Origin: the human T2T-CHM13v2.0 reference genome, Homo sapiens
Assembly: GCF_009914755.1 (NCBI RefSeq)
Contig: NC_060937.1
DNA: 64,000 bases
Direction: 5' to 3' (one strand)
Made by a program: the position numbers and the translations under genes
Part shown: piece by piece, positions 45,906 to 61,143 of the stretch
How the letters are laid out: every line of letters starts with the position of its first letter
Numbering within the stretch: position 1 is the first letter of the stretch
The notes under the pieces: model-generated
What the model was told of the DNA's origin: nothing
Databases searched by the model: none
Seen by the model: the letters and a program-made list of their open reading frames with translations, nothing else

Positions 45906-46820
45906 AATCAAGAACCATCCTCCTATTTTTCCATGCCCTCTCTCCTAGCCTTCAATCTACCAAATAGGGAAGGAACTTAGATGGAAAAGAGATGGGAGAG
46001 AGACTCAGGGTGTATGAGATTGGTCGAGGTGAAAACTCCTGAAAGTATCGCCTGAAGGCCAGCTGCAGACAGAGGAACAGCCTGATTCATTAGGGAGGAT
46101 GACAGAAACCTAAATGAGAGGACGCATAACTGAGAGTAGTCTCTACTACTCACTAAAATTTCTCATGGAAACCAAGAAAACTTGTGACAACCCAGAGTTT
46201 AGTCCTAATGGTTTTCTCCTTTGATACCACTTCTGGAATTGTTGGAATGGACAGAAGCAACTAGAAAAAGGAGAGTCCCACAGGCATCAATGTTGGCACT
46301 CACTGGCAGTAACAGCAATGCTTCAATCAACTCCATTTGGAGCATCAGGACCACTGAACACCAAGAGTATGAGGAATAGCTTAGTATTGCCATAGGGATT
46401 CAGAAACCTGGGTAGATTTAGATAGGACCGGAACTCCAGGCATCTACCTAGATGGGGTAAACGAGGAATAAATTGGTGAGTGCCTATGTTCTTACTTTAT
46501 TGTATCATTACACTCTGGGACTGCTAGGTGATACCATTTTACCCCTGATAGGAGAATCTTAGAGGTTCATCTCTAACTGTTTTGACTGACCTGCCTGCAA
46601 ACTTTTGGAGGCTTAATCAGTGCGGACATGGGACCAGAAAGATGATTGTTCACAAGTTCACTTTCTCTCTAAAGCAATTGTCAACATGGCAGTTTATGCT
46701 ACCTCTCAAATTCCAACTGCTCAAATGGTGATTCCATTGCTGAAGCCAGGATTAAATTTACAAATTGCATGTTGCTGCTGGATGGCTACACCCTGGATGG
46801 GCAACAGCAGAAAAAAAAAA

Positions 46821-46990
<170 letters not shown>

Positions 46991-47911
46991 AAATTTTTAA
47001 ATAAATAAATAAAATAATTAAAAGGCCAGCCAATTTCTACAGTCTTGGAAAGCAGTGGCTATGACCCCCAAATAGAAGCAAATCTTATCAGTAACGTTTT
47101 TACTACTTAAAAAAAAAAAAAAAAGACCAAATTCCTGACTTGTAAGCAATGAGAAGTGTTACAGAAGCAATGGGGAGTTAGGTAGTTGGCATCACAGGCT
47201 CTGTGACTATTTTGGAGCTTTATTACTTGGAACACATTCATCTAATTGCAATCAACTTTCTATAAAATACAAGCATAGCTTCTTGAAGAGAAGAGTAAAC
47301 ATGTGTAAGTTGAAGGGGCACATAAACAGAACCAAGAAATATGAAACATACTGGGAAGAACAACAAGAGCATCCTACCTGAATGTGTACCCTTGCTGCTG
47401 TCCTGGAGCTGTTCCCTGAGCTGCACTGTGTGGACCGACATCACTCCCTGCATCCTCTCCTTCCCCATGGGCCTTACCAACACACCAAACAGGAGTCATT
47501 GCTTGGTGACTCCTTCTTACTTTCTGATTACCTGTTTCTTTGTGTCTTCTCTGTACCTTCTTGGAGTGCTCAGAGTGTCTCATTAGACTTTTACTTTGAG
47601 CTTGTGGTTGTCAATCCCCTGCTGATGACAACTCACTTTGGGCTGGTAAGGTGGGCCACTGTTTGCAAACTCATGGCACAGCAGGTCTGGATAAAAGAGG
47701 AAGTTCTGTGTGCAAGTGAGAAATGGGCAACATGCGCAGAGGAGAGGCTGCTGATAGATTGCCTCTCACACTAATTAGCTGGACAACTTCAGAGAGCACC
47801 ACAGCACCTCTGGGGGGCCTCAATTTCCTTCTGTCTAAAATGAAAAGGTAGGTCTTTTAGGAGTCTCCTTAGTGCTAACATTGTATGACAGAAGACTGCT
47901 TTTTTAAAAGT

Positions 47912-47913
47912 TC

Positions 47914-47962
<49 letters not shown>

Positions 47963-50466
47963 CTTTAAGTTCTGGGATACATGTGCAGAACATCCAGGTT
48001 TGTTACATAGGTATAAACATGCCATGGTGGTTTGCTGCACTCATCAACTGGTCATCTACGTTAGGTATTTCTCCTAATGCTACCCCTCCCCTAGCCTCCC
48101 ACCCCCTGACAGGCCCTGGTTTGTGATGTTCCCCTCCCTGTGTCCATGTGTTCTCATTGTTCAACTTCCACTTATGAGTGAGAACATGTGGTGTTTGGTT
48201 TTCTGTTCCTGTATTAGTTTGCTGGGAATGATGGTTTCCAGCTTCCTCCATGTCCCTGCAAAGGACACGAACTTATCCTTTTTTGTGGCTGCATAGTATT
48301 CCATGGTGTATATGTATATGTGCCACATTTTCCTTATTCAGTCTATCATTGATGGGCATTTGGGTTGGTTCTAAGTCTTTGCTATTGTGAACAGTGCTGC
48401 AATAAACATACGTCTGCATGTGTCTTTATGGTAGAATAATTTATAATCCTTTGAGTATATACCCAGTAATGGGATTGCTGGGTCAAATAGTATTTCTGGT
48501 TCTAGATCCTTGAGGAATCACCACACTGTCTTCCACAATGGTTGAACTAATTTACACTCCCACCAACACTGTAAAAGCGTTGCTATTTCTCCACATCCTC
48601 TCCAGCATCTGTTGTTTCCTGACGTTTTAATGATCACCATTCTAACTGGCGTGAGATAGTATCTCATTGTGGTTTTGATTTGCATTTCTCTAATGACCAG
48701 TGTTGATGAGCTTTTTTTCATGTTTGTTGGCCACATAAATGTCTTCTTTTGAAAAGCGTCTGTTCATATCTTTCTCCCAGTTTTTGATGGGATTTTTTTT
48801 TCTTGTAAATTTGTTTAAGTTGTTTGTAGATGCTAGATATTAGCCCTTTGTCAGATGGATAGATTGCAAAAACTTTTTCCCATTCTGTAGGTTGCCTGTT
48901 CACTCTGATGATAGTTTCTTTTGCTGTGCAGAAACTCTTTAGTTTAATTAGATCCCGTTTGTCAATTTTGGCTTTTGTTGCAATTGCTTTTGGTGTTTTA
49001 GTCATGAAGTCCTTGCCCATGCCCATGTCCTGAATGGTATTGCCTAGATTTTCTTCTAGGGTTTTTATGGTTTTAGGTCTCACATTTAAGTCTGTAATTC
49101 ATCTTGAGTAAATTTTTGTATAAGGCATAAGGAAGGGGTCCAGTTTCAGCTTTCTACATATGGCTAGCCAGTTTTCCCAACACCATTTATTAAATAGGGA
49201 ATCCTTTCCCCATTGCTTGTTTTTGTCAGGTTTGTCAAAGATCAGATGGTTGTAGATGTGTGGCGTTATTTCTGAGGCCTCTGTTCTGTTCCATTGGTCT
49301 ATATATCTGTTTTGGTACCAGTACCATGCTTTGTTGGTTACTGTAGCCTTGCAGTATAGTTTGAAGTCAGGTAGTGTGATGCCTCCAGCTTTCTTCTTTT
49401 TGCTTAGGATTGTCTTGGGTATACGGGCTTGTTTTTGGCTCCACGGGAAATTTAAAGTAGTATTTTCTAATTATATGAAGAAAGTCAGTGGTAGTTTGAT
49501 GGGGATAGCATTGAATCTATAAATCACTTTCACCAGTAAGGCCATTTTCACAATATTGATTCTTCCTATTCATAAGCATGGAATGTTTTTTCCATTTGTT
49601 TGTGCCATCTCTTATTTCCTTGAGCAGTGGTTTGTAGTTCTGCTTCAAGAGGTCCTTAACATCCCTTGTAAGTTGTATTCCTAGGCATTTTATTCTCTTT
49701 GTAGCAATTGTGAATGGGAGTTCACTCATGATTTGGCTCTCTGTTTGTCTGTTATTGGTGTGTAGGAATGCTTGTGATTTTTGCACATTGATTTTGTATC
49801 CTGAGACTTTGCTGAAGTTTCTTATCAGCTCAAGGAGATTTTTGGCTGAGATGATGGGGTTTTCTAAATATACAATCATGTCATCTGCAAACAGAGACAG
49901 TTTGACTTCCTCTCTTCCTATTTGAATATGCTTTATTTCTTTCTCTTGCCTGATTGCCCTGGCCAGAACTTCCAATACTATGTTGAATAGGAGTGGTGAG
50001 AGAGGGCATCTTGTCTTGTGCTGGTTTTCAAAGGGAATGCTTCCAGCTTTTGCCCATTCAGTATGATATTGGCTGTGGGTTTGTCATAAATAGCTCTTAT
50101 TATTTTGAGATATGTTCCATCAATACCTAGTTTATTGAGAGTTTTTAGCATGAAGGGGTGTTGAATTTTATTGAAGGCCTTTTCTGCATCTATTGAGATA
50201 ATTATGTGGTTTTTGTCATTGACTCTGTTTATGTGATGGATTACGTTTATTGATTTGCATATGTTGAACCAGTCTTGCATCCCAGGGAGGAAGCCAACTT
50301 GATCATGGTGGATAAGCTTTTTGATGTGCTGCTGGATTCAGTTTGCCAGTATTTTATTGAGGATTTTCACATCAATGTTCATTCGGGATATTGGCCTGAA
50401 ATTTTCTTGTTTTGTTGTCTCTGCCAGTTTCAGTCTGCAGCTCCCAGTGAGATCAACGCAGAAGGC
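47912..50466 (-). mobile_element. L1PA (L1PA7/8-like), ~2.5 kb, 5'-truncated with a short inverted 5'UTR piece; ORF2 disrupted
   Basis: (TAT)n tail; minus ORFs carry ORF2 RT motifs ([28 protein letters not shown]) broken by frameshifts and stops; TSD cagaagactgctttt (47889-47903) / cagaaggctgccttt (50459-50473). Confidence 0.95.
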
Positions 50467-50635
50467 TGCCTTTAAACAAAGTCTGAGAGGTCAGAATGTT
50501 AGACAAAGACCAAAAATAACTGAAGGGAGAAATGCACAAGCAGATCAAAGAGAAGGACAAAACTCAGGCCCCATTCTCTGTTTCTCCTATTAAAATGAAC
50601 GATAATGGAGAAATGAAGCGCAAACAACATGCAGG

Positions 50636-51239
50636 TGTAGGGGCCAAGGGAAAATGTCCCCTTCACCCTCTGAAGGTTTGCTGAAAATCAATTGACAAAA
50701 AGCAGATTAATAGTAGAAAAGGCACACAAATTTATTAACATCCACAGGGTGAACCACAGTGATTACCTCATCACACAATGGGGTACAGATGCTTCTATAC
50801 ACTTCTCCTTAGAGAAAATGGAAATGGGAAATTGTGGATTATTTCAGCACAGTAGTAAATAATGTTTAGGGCAATTCAATGGGCTTAAAAAACATACAAT
50901 GATCTGGGACAATGATCTGTTGGGCCCATTGAGCAGACGACGGTTTGTGACAAAAGTTTGTCTGGGTGTGTTAACAGACTTTAATCTTTCTTCCTGTAAG
51001 AGGAGTTTAGTTAATGAAAACCCAGGGAAGGAACCAGGGATCATTGTTTTCATCTTTGATGGGTCTGGACTTTAGGCAGATGAGGGAACTTCAGGGAACA
51101 ACTTTATGCTGCACTTTAGGAGAGAGAAAGGATTGAGAGGCAAGAAGTGGGGAGGTGAGAGAGACCTTGATGTTTCTTCTTCAGTTTAACATCTCAAACC
51201 ACCACATTTTGGGGGAATGACCTTCTCAGCCCCATTACA
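50636..51239 (-). mobile_element. ERV1 solo LTR (MER39B/MER34-group-like)
   Basis: tgtaggggccaagggaaaa...ccctctgaagg...gcagattaatag...tttattaac start and ...tcagccccattaca end. Confidence 0.75.
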
Positions 51240-53395
51240 AGTTTAAGCAGCTCATGTAGATGGTCCAGTCTTTGGCTTGTGGGTCCCTGTTTTCATGGCT
51301 TATGTGTACCATTTTTTATCGATTAATTGAGCCACTTCTTATTTTTAAAAGTGCTCAGCACCAGGCAGCCCTGTTGCCTGTCACTTTCAGGGGCCCAAGG
51401 CTGTCCATTTCTGCCTCCTGAAAGTTAGGGGTGGGCTCTGATTACTACCCAGTATTCTGTCCCTGTCGGAGCATTGTCAGCCTCTATATGTACTCAAAGC
51501 TTGGGCCTGATCCTCTCCTCCATGGGCAAGAGCCAACAGAAACCATGAATTATGTTGATAGTGAGGAATGGAATCCTGCCTCCCTGGAACAAGCCCAGAT
51601 GATGTCTTTGCATGATTTTGATCCCTAGATTTCTGAAGCCCATGCCTGAAGAAATACTTATCCTAGTAGCATTTCCAGTGTTATTCATTCCCTCTTGCTT
51701 CCTTTCTTCCTCCTCTCACAATTTTCTTACCTGTCAATCAGTAAAAAACAAACATATGAGGAAGATATCTTTTCAAAGAAAGGTAGTTCTTTTTTATCTT
51801 TTCAGGCTAAACATGCAAGCTGGAAGTATTCATGAATACTTCATAAAGTCATTTATACTGGGCCTTCAGCCAAAGTTCTCAAAGGGATTGGTAAGCATTA
51901 GCTCACAAATTTTCATCCAAGAACATTATTATTATATCAAAGATGAAAAAAACAAAACAAGAAGTTGTTAAGAGAATGTCTCAATGTTCCATGTTGAAAG
52001 AGATCCCAAAATGCTTAAGTACTCTCTGTACCCTTAAGCCATTAAGGCAATGGAGAGAATGGGGTCAGTGCTGAAGTCAGCAGTGCCAGGCTCTGGTCTC
52101 TTCAAATGTGGCCTGATGTCCCTACACATTCACAGCTCACATTCTCTTGGAAGACAAGGTCTCCCTGGAAATCTGCTGCCTCTCCTGAATTCCCTATCAC
52201 CAGATAGTGGATTTCCAGACATCTGGGTAGTTCTTTAACTTCTCTCTCTTCCCTCCTCTCCTGTGTCACCAACTCCAATGAATCCTACTTCCAAAATCTC
52301 TCTCAAACTCCATTCCTTTTCTTTTAACTTTTGCTGCCTTTGATCAATCCCTTATTATCTTCAATGTGGACATACTATAAATATCCTAATTAATTTTCTA
52401 CTATTCCTGTCCTCTCTGAAGCATCTTTTATTCCACCTCCTGGAATGACACTTCTAAAATGTAAACCACAGCATGTCACTCACCTTCTTATAAAGAGGTA
52501 TAGTCTACCTGTAACCTTAGCAATCCATTGAGCTAGTGAAGTTGCATTAATAGTATACACCCAAATATTGCAAGCTTAAAAAGGCTCTTTCTCTTCTTGT
52601 TTTCTGTGAGTGCCTGGAAATGTTACATTACACATGTGCATCATGTGGTTCATCTTTTGGGCTACCACCTACAACACCAGACTTTTCACAACCAACATAC
52701 CTCTATTGCCCCAGGCACAACTGCTCCCAGACCACTGTCCGGGCACTGTCTCATCATTCCACTTGGGCCACCACCCATAATGCCTGGTCTGCCATCATTG
52801 GCTCAGAATTACTCATACATTTCTTTGCTGTGATATGTATTGGAAAGTGAATTCCTGTGATGAATGTTAGGCTCTGTCATAGGGTCCTATGCTTGTTTTC
52901 TGATGTTTTAACATTTTGTTGGCTTTTCACACAGTGTTTGTACTCTATCTTCTACCTCTAGAGGGCCTGTGCACCCCTTTAGGGTGGCCAGGTCAGGGAT
53001 ACATTTATCATATACCTGGAACCACTTCTCTCCCATTCTCTCATTCTGTTACTAGTTGGACTCAGAGAACCAAATCTTTCTTCTCTTGGGGTGGATTCTC
53101 TGTCAGGCATCCCTGCACCTTCTGTGGTTAGCTTCCACTGGTTGTCTCCAGTGTGTTAGGCATTCCTGTAGATGTCTAGAACCCAATAGTTGTCATTATT
53201 TGAGATATTTTCTCAGAAGTTTCCTTAGCTCCCATGAATTTTAATCAAATCAAGTAAGTCTTAAGAGGACTTCCATCAAGGGCTTCGCATACCTTATCTC
53301 TTAGGTTCAACTGGGTCCCATAGTACATTTTCATTTCCTCAAAGTATTTACAGGATTAAAATCCAAAAATTTCTCAGATAATATAGAGTCCTTTA

Positions 53396-54090
<695 letters not shown>

Positions 54091-55273
54091 CAGCATTGAA
54101 AAAAAATTGAGAAAGAATAGTCAGAGAAATAATAGGGGAACCATAGAAACTTTTCAGCTTAAGTCCTCTGTGGAACAAGGCAGGTATAAAGAAATGAAAT
54201 ATGTCACATAAAGAAACTTTAAAAAATATTAAAAACAGTTTTGAGAATAAACTGGGATTTCTTTTAGCACTTTTAGTAAAAAGATAAATTTTATATAGAT
54301 GCTAGTGATGGATTAGCAAACAATAGCAGGATGCCTGCTAGTGATTAATATAACTTCTTCAGGATGAAAGGAAACTGTCTACGCTGATAACTTCTCTCTT
54401 CAGACAAATCGTGTGGAATGAGACTATAATTACACTGCACTAGTCTTCAAACCAAGGAAACCCATTAGTAACCAAGGATCTTGATTAAATCCTGCAACAG
54501 AAAAAGGGGTGATGGAACTGCCTCAAGGCCTCAGTGAGAGAGACTATTCTCCCCAAATCAAGTGTTGGGATGGAGAGACTTGTTTTACGGAAAATCAGAT
54601 CAGAGAAAGATCTTTTAGATTAAGATTACTACTCATCTTCATGTAAAATTTTTTATCCCCTTAAATAGTTTTGTCAACTCTAATTTATTGTTATGCTGTG
54701 GTTTTAAAAGTTATATTTTGTATGATTGGGAAAGCATATATAGCTAGTGTTGAGTTAATTGCTTCTTTGTGAAAACTAACTTTGATCATAAGGCCAATAG
54801 CCCAGGCGTCACTATAACCTGTTTGAGCATCACATCTCAGGTACATTGCTTAGGAAGGAAAGTCAACATGAAAATGTACTATTTCTGTTTCCAATTCTGG
54901 TGAACCCAAAGATCTCCCTTTATTTTTTCTAAAAACCAAGCTTAAGCAACCAGCTTTATGTTTGCTTTGTTTCTCCTAAAACTTCAGTCCTCCAAGGTCA
55001 AGATCATCTTTTAAACAGAAAGTAAATTCAATCCAATTTTATACCCCAAAATCAGGACACAAACAAGATCTTGAAGGAGTAGGAAAAACCCTAGTCTTCA
55101 GCTCCTTTCTCAAAAACTCTAACCCCACAAGGGTGGGGTTAGAGTTTTCTTTATGATTCTCTTTGCCCCTTGGTGACCACAAGAGTTGGATAGTAATGAA
55201 AGTGGCAGTGGCCCTAGTGGTGATAACTACCGTTGAGACTCAGTTATATGCAAGGTATAATGTCAAGCATTTC

Positions 55274-56068
55274 CTCTTTCAAATTTCTTTTTTTTAATTG
55301 ACAAGTAAAAATTGTATAATTTTATGGTGCAAAATATGATGTTTTCATGTATTTATGTGTTGTGGAATGGCTAAATCAAGCTAACTAGCATAGGCATTAC
55401 CTCACATGCTTATCTTTCTTTGTGGTGAAAATACTTAAACTCTACTCTTTTAGTAATTTTCAGGTAGTCAATGTATTGTTATTACCTGTAGCCACCATGA
55501 TGTACAATAGATCTCTCAAACTTTTTCCTCCTGTCTAACTGAAATTTTATGTCCTTTGACCAACATCTCCCCAATTCCCTCCTCTCCCAGCCTCTGGTAA
55601 CTGCCATTTTACTTTCTGTTTCTATGGGCTCAAGTTGTTTAGATTGCACATAAAGGTGAGATCAGGCAGTATTTATCTTTCTGTGCCTGTTTTATATCAC
55701 TTAACATATTGTCCTCCGGTCTCATCTATGTTGTCACAAATGACAGGATTTTCTTCTTTTTAAAGGGTGAATAGTATTCCATTGTGTATATATACACCAC
55801 ATTTTCTTAATCCATTTATCTGCTAAGGGACACCTATGTTGATTCTGTATCTTGGCTATTGCGAAAAATGCTTCAATGAACATGGAAGTGGAGATTAACT
55901 CCTTAACACACTGATTTCATTTCTTTTGGATATATATATATTTAACAGTGGGATTGCTGGATCATATGATAGCTCTATTTTTAATTTTCCAAGGAACCTT
56001 CACACTGTTTTCCATCATGGCTGTACTAATTTACATTCCCACCAACAGTGTACAAGGGCTCTTTTTTC
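55274..56068 (-). mobile_element. L1MA8-like 3' fragment
   Basis: ggaatggctaaatcaagctaa...ttacctcaca 3'UTR motif; TSD taatgtcaagcatttc (55258-55273) / taatgtcaggcatttc (56069-56084). Confidence 0.9.
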
Positions 56069-56171
56069 TAATGTCAGGCATTTCTAAGACAACAACTCTA
56101 ACTTTTTTAACAACACTGCAAAGTAGATTTTAGTATCTCTATTTTATATAATACAATCATCTGTGCTTCAA

Positions 56172-56173
<2 letters not shown>

Positions 56174-56209
<36 letters not shown>
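56174..56209 (+). repeat. (CA)n microsatellite
   Basis: About 18 perfect AC units. Confidence 0.97.
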
Positions 56210-56211
<2 letters not shown>

Positions 56212-56938
56212 TCCAATTTAATCTTTACAACAATTCTCTAGGGTAGATATTGTTATTTTTATTTTATAGCCAAAAGTAATTGAGCGTCATCGAGGAGAAG
56301 TAACTCATCTTGGCTCATTTAAATATGAAGGAGCAAAATGAGAATTCACACTTAAGTCTCTATGATGACCTAGTCTTAAAAACCCAAATCCATACAGAGT
56401 GGTCTCATCACTGTATATCTGAATATGCATCCTCATCCTTCCTTATAAATTTTGAAAGTCCTTGAATATAATTGGAATTAGATAACATTTAGTTTAGATT
56501 GTTTTTGAAGATGAATGAATTAGTAATAATGGCAAACAAATGAACATCCCTATGTCTTTATCTAATTGTCAAAACTTATTTAATTTTGAGTTAAATAGAA
56601 TAAATATTTAAAAGTCAGTTAAGTGTAAGAAATCATTCAACATTTTTATAATTTAGACAAAATGGCAGTTATTATTTGACATGGCAGATGTCCTGTGTAC
56701 CAGGCTGTCTCACCCCTTGCCATGTTCCTGCTTAGTTTTGTACTTGTAACATGTTTCTCCACCTCCTGCCCCACAGTGCTTGGCATATGAGAGGAAATAA
56801 CTGATCTCTTGTTTTACACCTGTGTTTGGCTGCATGCTTTGTCTGTTTGCAGAGGGTCTTGCTTGGCTGCTCTTGCCAGTGTTCCCTGGTTTGGTCCAGG
56901 GCCACTACTAACTCAGGTCTTCCTTCTGTCATAGCAGG

Positions 56939-57925
56939 TGTAATAAATTTCTATGGCTGCTATAGCAAATTGCCACAAACTTAGTTGCTTAGGCAATACA
57001 AATTTACTATCTTTCAGTTCTGGAGGTCAGATATCAAAATGAGTCTCATTATGTTAAAATCAAGATATCAAAAAGGCTACATTTCTTTTTTGGATGCTGC
57101 AGTAGAGTGTATTAGTCAAGGTTTTCCAGAAAAACAGAACCAAGAGGAAATATATATGTAGTGAAAAATTGGCTCACACAAGTATGGAGGCTGAAGAGTC
57201 TCACAATCTGCTGTCTGCAAGCTGGAGACCCAGGAAAGCCAATAACGTGATTCCAGACCAAGTGCAGAGACCTGAGAGCCAGGGTGCCAATGTTGTAAAT
57301 CTCATTCCAAGGGCGGAAGACGGCATGTCTGCTCAAGCAGCAAAGCAGAGCCAGCAAATCCTTCCTTCCTCTGATTTTTGTTCTACTCAGGCCCTCAAAG
57401 GATTGGATGAGGGCCACTCACACTGAGGAGGGCCATCTACTTTACTGAGTCCACCGATTTAAATAAATGCTAATCTCATCTGGAAACACCCTCACAGACA
57501 TGCCTGGAAATAATATTTAATCTGTGCACCTCATGGCCTCAATCATGTTGACACACAAAATTAACCCTCACAGAGAGAATCTGTTTTCTTACCTTTTCCA
57601 GTTCTAGAATTTGCCGGCATTCCTTGGCTCGTGGCTCCTTCCTCATTCTTCAAAGCCAGCATGGCAAGTTGAGTCTTTCTCACATAAAATCACTGCTTCT
57701 GTCATCATACATTTTCTGACTCTGTCCTCTGCCTCCTTCTTCCTGTGATCACCCTGGACCCACCCTGATAACGCAGGATAATGCCCCTATCTCACGATCG
57801 ACTGGTTCGCAAACATATTTCCACCTGCCACCTGAATTCCCTGTTGCCATGTAACATAACATATTCACAGGTTCTGGGGATTAGGATGTGGGTGCCTGTG
57901 GGTGTTTGTTATTCTGCCTACCACA
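56939..57925 (-). mobile_element. MaLR LTR (MLT1C/D-like), split by a nested MLT2 LTR
   Basis: ggctgctatagcaaattgccacaaactt... and ...cacaggttctggggattaggatgtgg...attctgcctaccaca halves. Confidence 0.85.
57108..57572 (-). mobile_element. ERVL solo LTR (MLT2B/D-like)
   Basis: tgtattagtcaaggttttccagaaaaacagaacc...aaaattaaccctcaca; 5-bp TSD tagag / gagag. Confidence 0.88.
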
Positions 57926-57999
57926 GCAGGGCACATGGTCATGCAGACGGAGAGGCTCATCAGGAGTGGGTGGCAGGTTGGAGTTGCGGTTGGAGAGTG

Positions 58000-58200
58000 T
58001 AACATATAGACAGAGCATGTGGTCCCTGCACTCAGAACCGAGCTCAGATGCCAGCCTCATGATTTGCAGCCGCATGACATTCAACAAGTCACCTCACATC
58101 AATGAGCTCAGTTCCATCATCTGTAAAGTTGGAAGGGACCATGTTAATAAACGATATGATACATTTAAATTGATTAGCACAGAGCCTGAAACTTAAGAAT
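58000..58200 (+). mobile_element. MIR SINE
   Basis: acaagtcacctcac...ctcagttccatcatctgtaaagt core. Confidence 0.65.
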
Positions 58201-60199
58201 AATTATAGCACCTAAGATTTTTGAGCTCTTGTGAAGTGTTCAATGAAATTACAACTATGATTTGGATAACGATGATTTTGATGATGTAGCTGAGAGCCTG
58301 AGGTAAAGTTTGGCCAGTCAACAGTTGCAACAGGGACTTAAATCAAGAATTAATACAGCAGAGCTCTGGAGTCTGGGGTGGTCTTAGTAATAATTATTCA
58401 AAACTGGCCAGACAGCATTTGCTGCTGTTAAAGCCTAGGACAATTTGCCCTTTCTGCTAAATCATCTGCTGTGTCTTATCCTCTTCTCCCTGCCCTTTTA
58501 GGACTTCAAAGATTATTGTTCACCATTTAGCTGACTCTTCAAAGTCAGTGTCCCCTGGCAGCATTTTAAGATGCATAAAGAAGTTCAAAAGCAACTCCAA
58601 ATTATCAGGGCTTGGGTCCTGTGTCTTCAGATGTCTCCTTTTACCTACATGGTTCAGTAGAGACCATAGCCTTGAAGTCCTTAAAATGAATATCCCTAGG
58701 TATAATACACCCTCTTCATCTTAGAAAGAATAACCTTGTGAAATAGCTTAGCTAATGACACACATATTACCTGATAGAAACAATTTAGCAACTGTCACCA
58801 TATAACAAAATAATGACATCCTGGGTTTCAGGGAGAGACTGACTTACTAAGGGAGAGTATCTCAAAACTAGACAACGCAGACAATCAACTGATTATTACA
58901 TACACATATCATTTAATAGCTTAATAGCAAATATTTCCAGTTTTGTTTTTGACAGTATAAAATAGGTTTCTTATTTAAAAATTAGTCTTAGGTGCTAAAC
59001 TATCAACCTCTTCTCCCTGGCCCTGGGATCATTTAAAATAGTGTAATACAATTATAAAGTCTAAGTATCTAAAGCAGAAATGGTCACTGGTTGGCATTTA
59101 TGATGTCCCTCTGCTCTCCCAACCCCCATCTCCATGACAATCAGCACTGATAAATCAGTTCCAAAATTATAGTCAACGCTCTTCTACAGGTAGGCATGAA
59201 AAATCAGCTGGAGATGGCCCACGAGATGAAACCTCGCAGACCTCCTTGAGCTACAATGTTTTAGTCAGATGGGGGGAAGGTTGCTGAACTCTGCAGTTAT
59301 TGCTACTAAAGAACAAAGAGCCATTCATAACTTACAGAAGCCAAACTAGCAGCTGAAGTCATACAATGAACTAGAATATTCCTTTGAACAATCAATTTTT
59401 AATTAGTTAAATACATAGACAATTAAAATATTTCATGTAAGCTTGAAAATCTCCTTAGCCACTCACTCCTGTAATTTCAATAGCTTCTCATATTTCTTAT
59501 GTATCTAAACTTATAAATCTATATGCAAGGAAATGTATGTTGTTATTATATATTAGTTGGAATCCTAAATACCAAGTTGTAACTCTAAAAAGTTAATGAA
59601 GAAAGCATAGAGACATAAGTTACAAAATAAGAAATACAGATGGTCAATAAACATTTGAAAAATATACAACCTTTTAAAATCAAAGAAATGTAAATTAAAA
59701 TCTTTTCATTTTTGGCATCAAATTTCCACAGGTCTGGTTATACTGTTTTGCTGTGTATTTCATTATGCTGACAAGAGCACAATGAATTGGGTACTCTCAT
59801 TAAATATTGATGGACTGGCAAATTGATAAAACTTTTCCAAAGGCATTTTACAATAGACATCAAGGAACCAAATATTTAGATCTCAGATTTATTAATTTTT
59901 AATAGATATTTGGTAGGTGTAGTTCAAAATATATGTACATAAATACTCATCTCACGATTTAGAATAATAAAGAATTACACATCATATATACAGTATTTAT
60001 AATGGCCTCTTTATATGTTCTGAAATCTTAACAGAATACATAATCACTAAAAATAAGAGGCCTTTGAAGAGTTTTAAATAATATAGGTGAATGGTTAAAA
60101 AAAAAGAGCTTGATACAAAAGTGAGTATGTACATGGTCCCCATTATGTAACACACACATACACACACACGCACCAAAGACTAAAACTAAAATGATAATT

Positions 60200-60501
<302 letters not shown>

Positions 60502-60983
60502 GGATAATGGTGACTGCCTTCCTGGTGGTGAGAGTGCTATTGATTTTTATTTTCTTCTTTGGACTTTTCTATTTCTTCTTTGGACTTTTCTAAATCATAC
60601 ACATTTTCTATAATGAAGAGTTTTTGTTTTATAATTTAAAACATTTGCAAAACTAGTTAAGATATCTTGTCAAATTTGGAGTAAGTAAAGATTTCTTAAA
60701 CAGGATACAGAACAAAACACACTGAACAGAATATGAAAAAAAAAATTGATAAATTGAAAAACGTTAAAACTAAGAATTTACACTTATAAAAAATGTAATA
60801 GTGAGTAAAGAATGGAATCTACAGAGTGGGAAAGTATATTTTGCAATACATATCCAACAAAAGAATATGTCGAGAATATACCCCAGAATACATAGAAGAT
60901 AATCAGTAAGAAAAAGTCAAACAGTTTAAAATGTTAAAATGGGCAAAAGACTTGAGCAGTTACCTTACATAAAAGGATATTGA

Positions 60984-61143
60984 AGCTGGACATGGTGGTG
61001 TGTGCCTGTAGTCTCAGCTACTCAGGAAGCTGAGGTGAGATAGCATGAGTCCAGGAGTTGGAGGCCATCTTGGGATTCCCGCCTGTGAGTAGCCACTGCT
61101 CTCCAGCCTGGGTAACATCGTGAGACCTCCATCTCTTAAAAAA
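60984..61143 (+). mobile_element. FAM (7SL-derived fossil Alu monomer)
   Basis: Monomer with 7SL-type cgcctgtgagtagccactgc. Confidence 0.75.

Noticed and set aside
48518-50280. Reverse-transcriptase ORFs as an active element or novel RT system
   Set aside because: Ordinary L1 ORF2 pieces: 5'-truncated, several frameshifts, no ORF1 or full promoter
60984-61143. 7SL RNA gene
   Set aside because: Lacks the S domain, is heavily diverged and has an A-tail; it is a fossil Alu monomer
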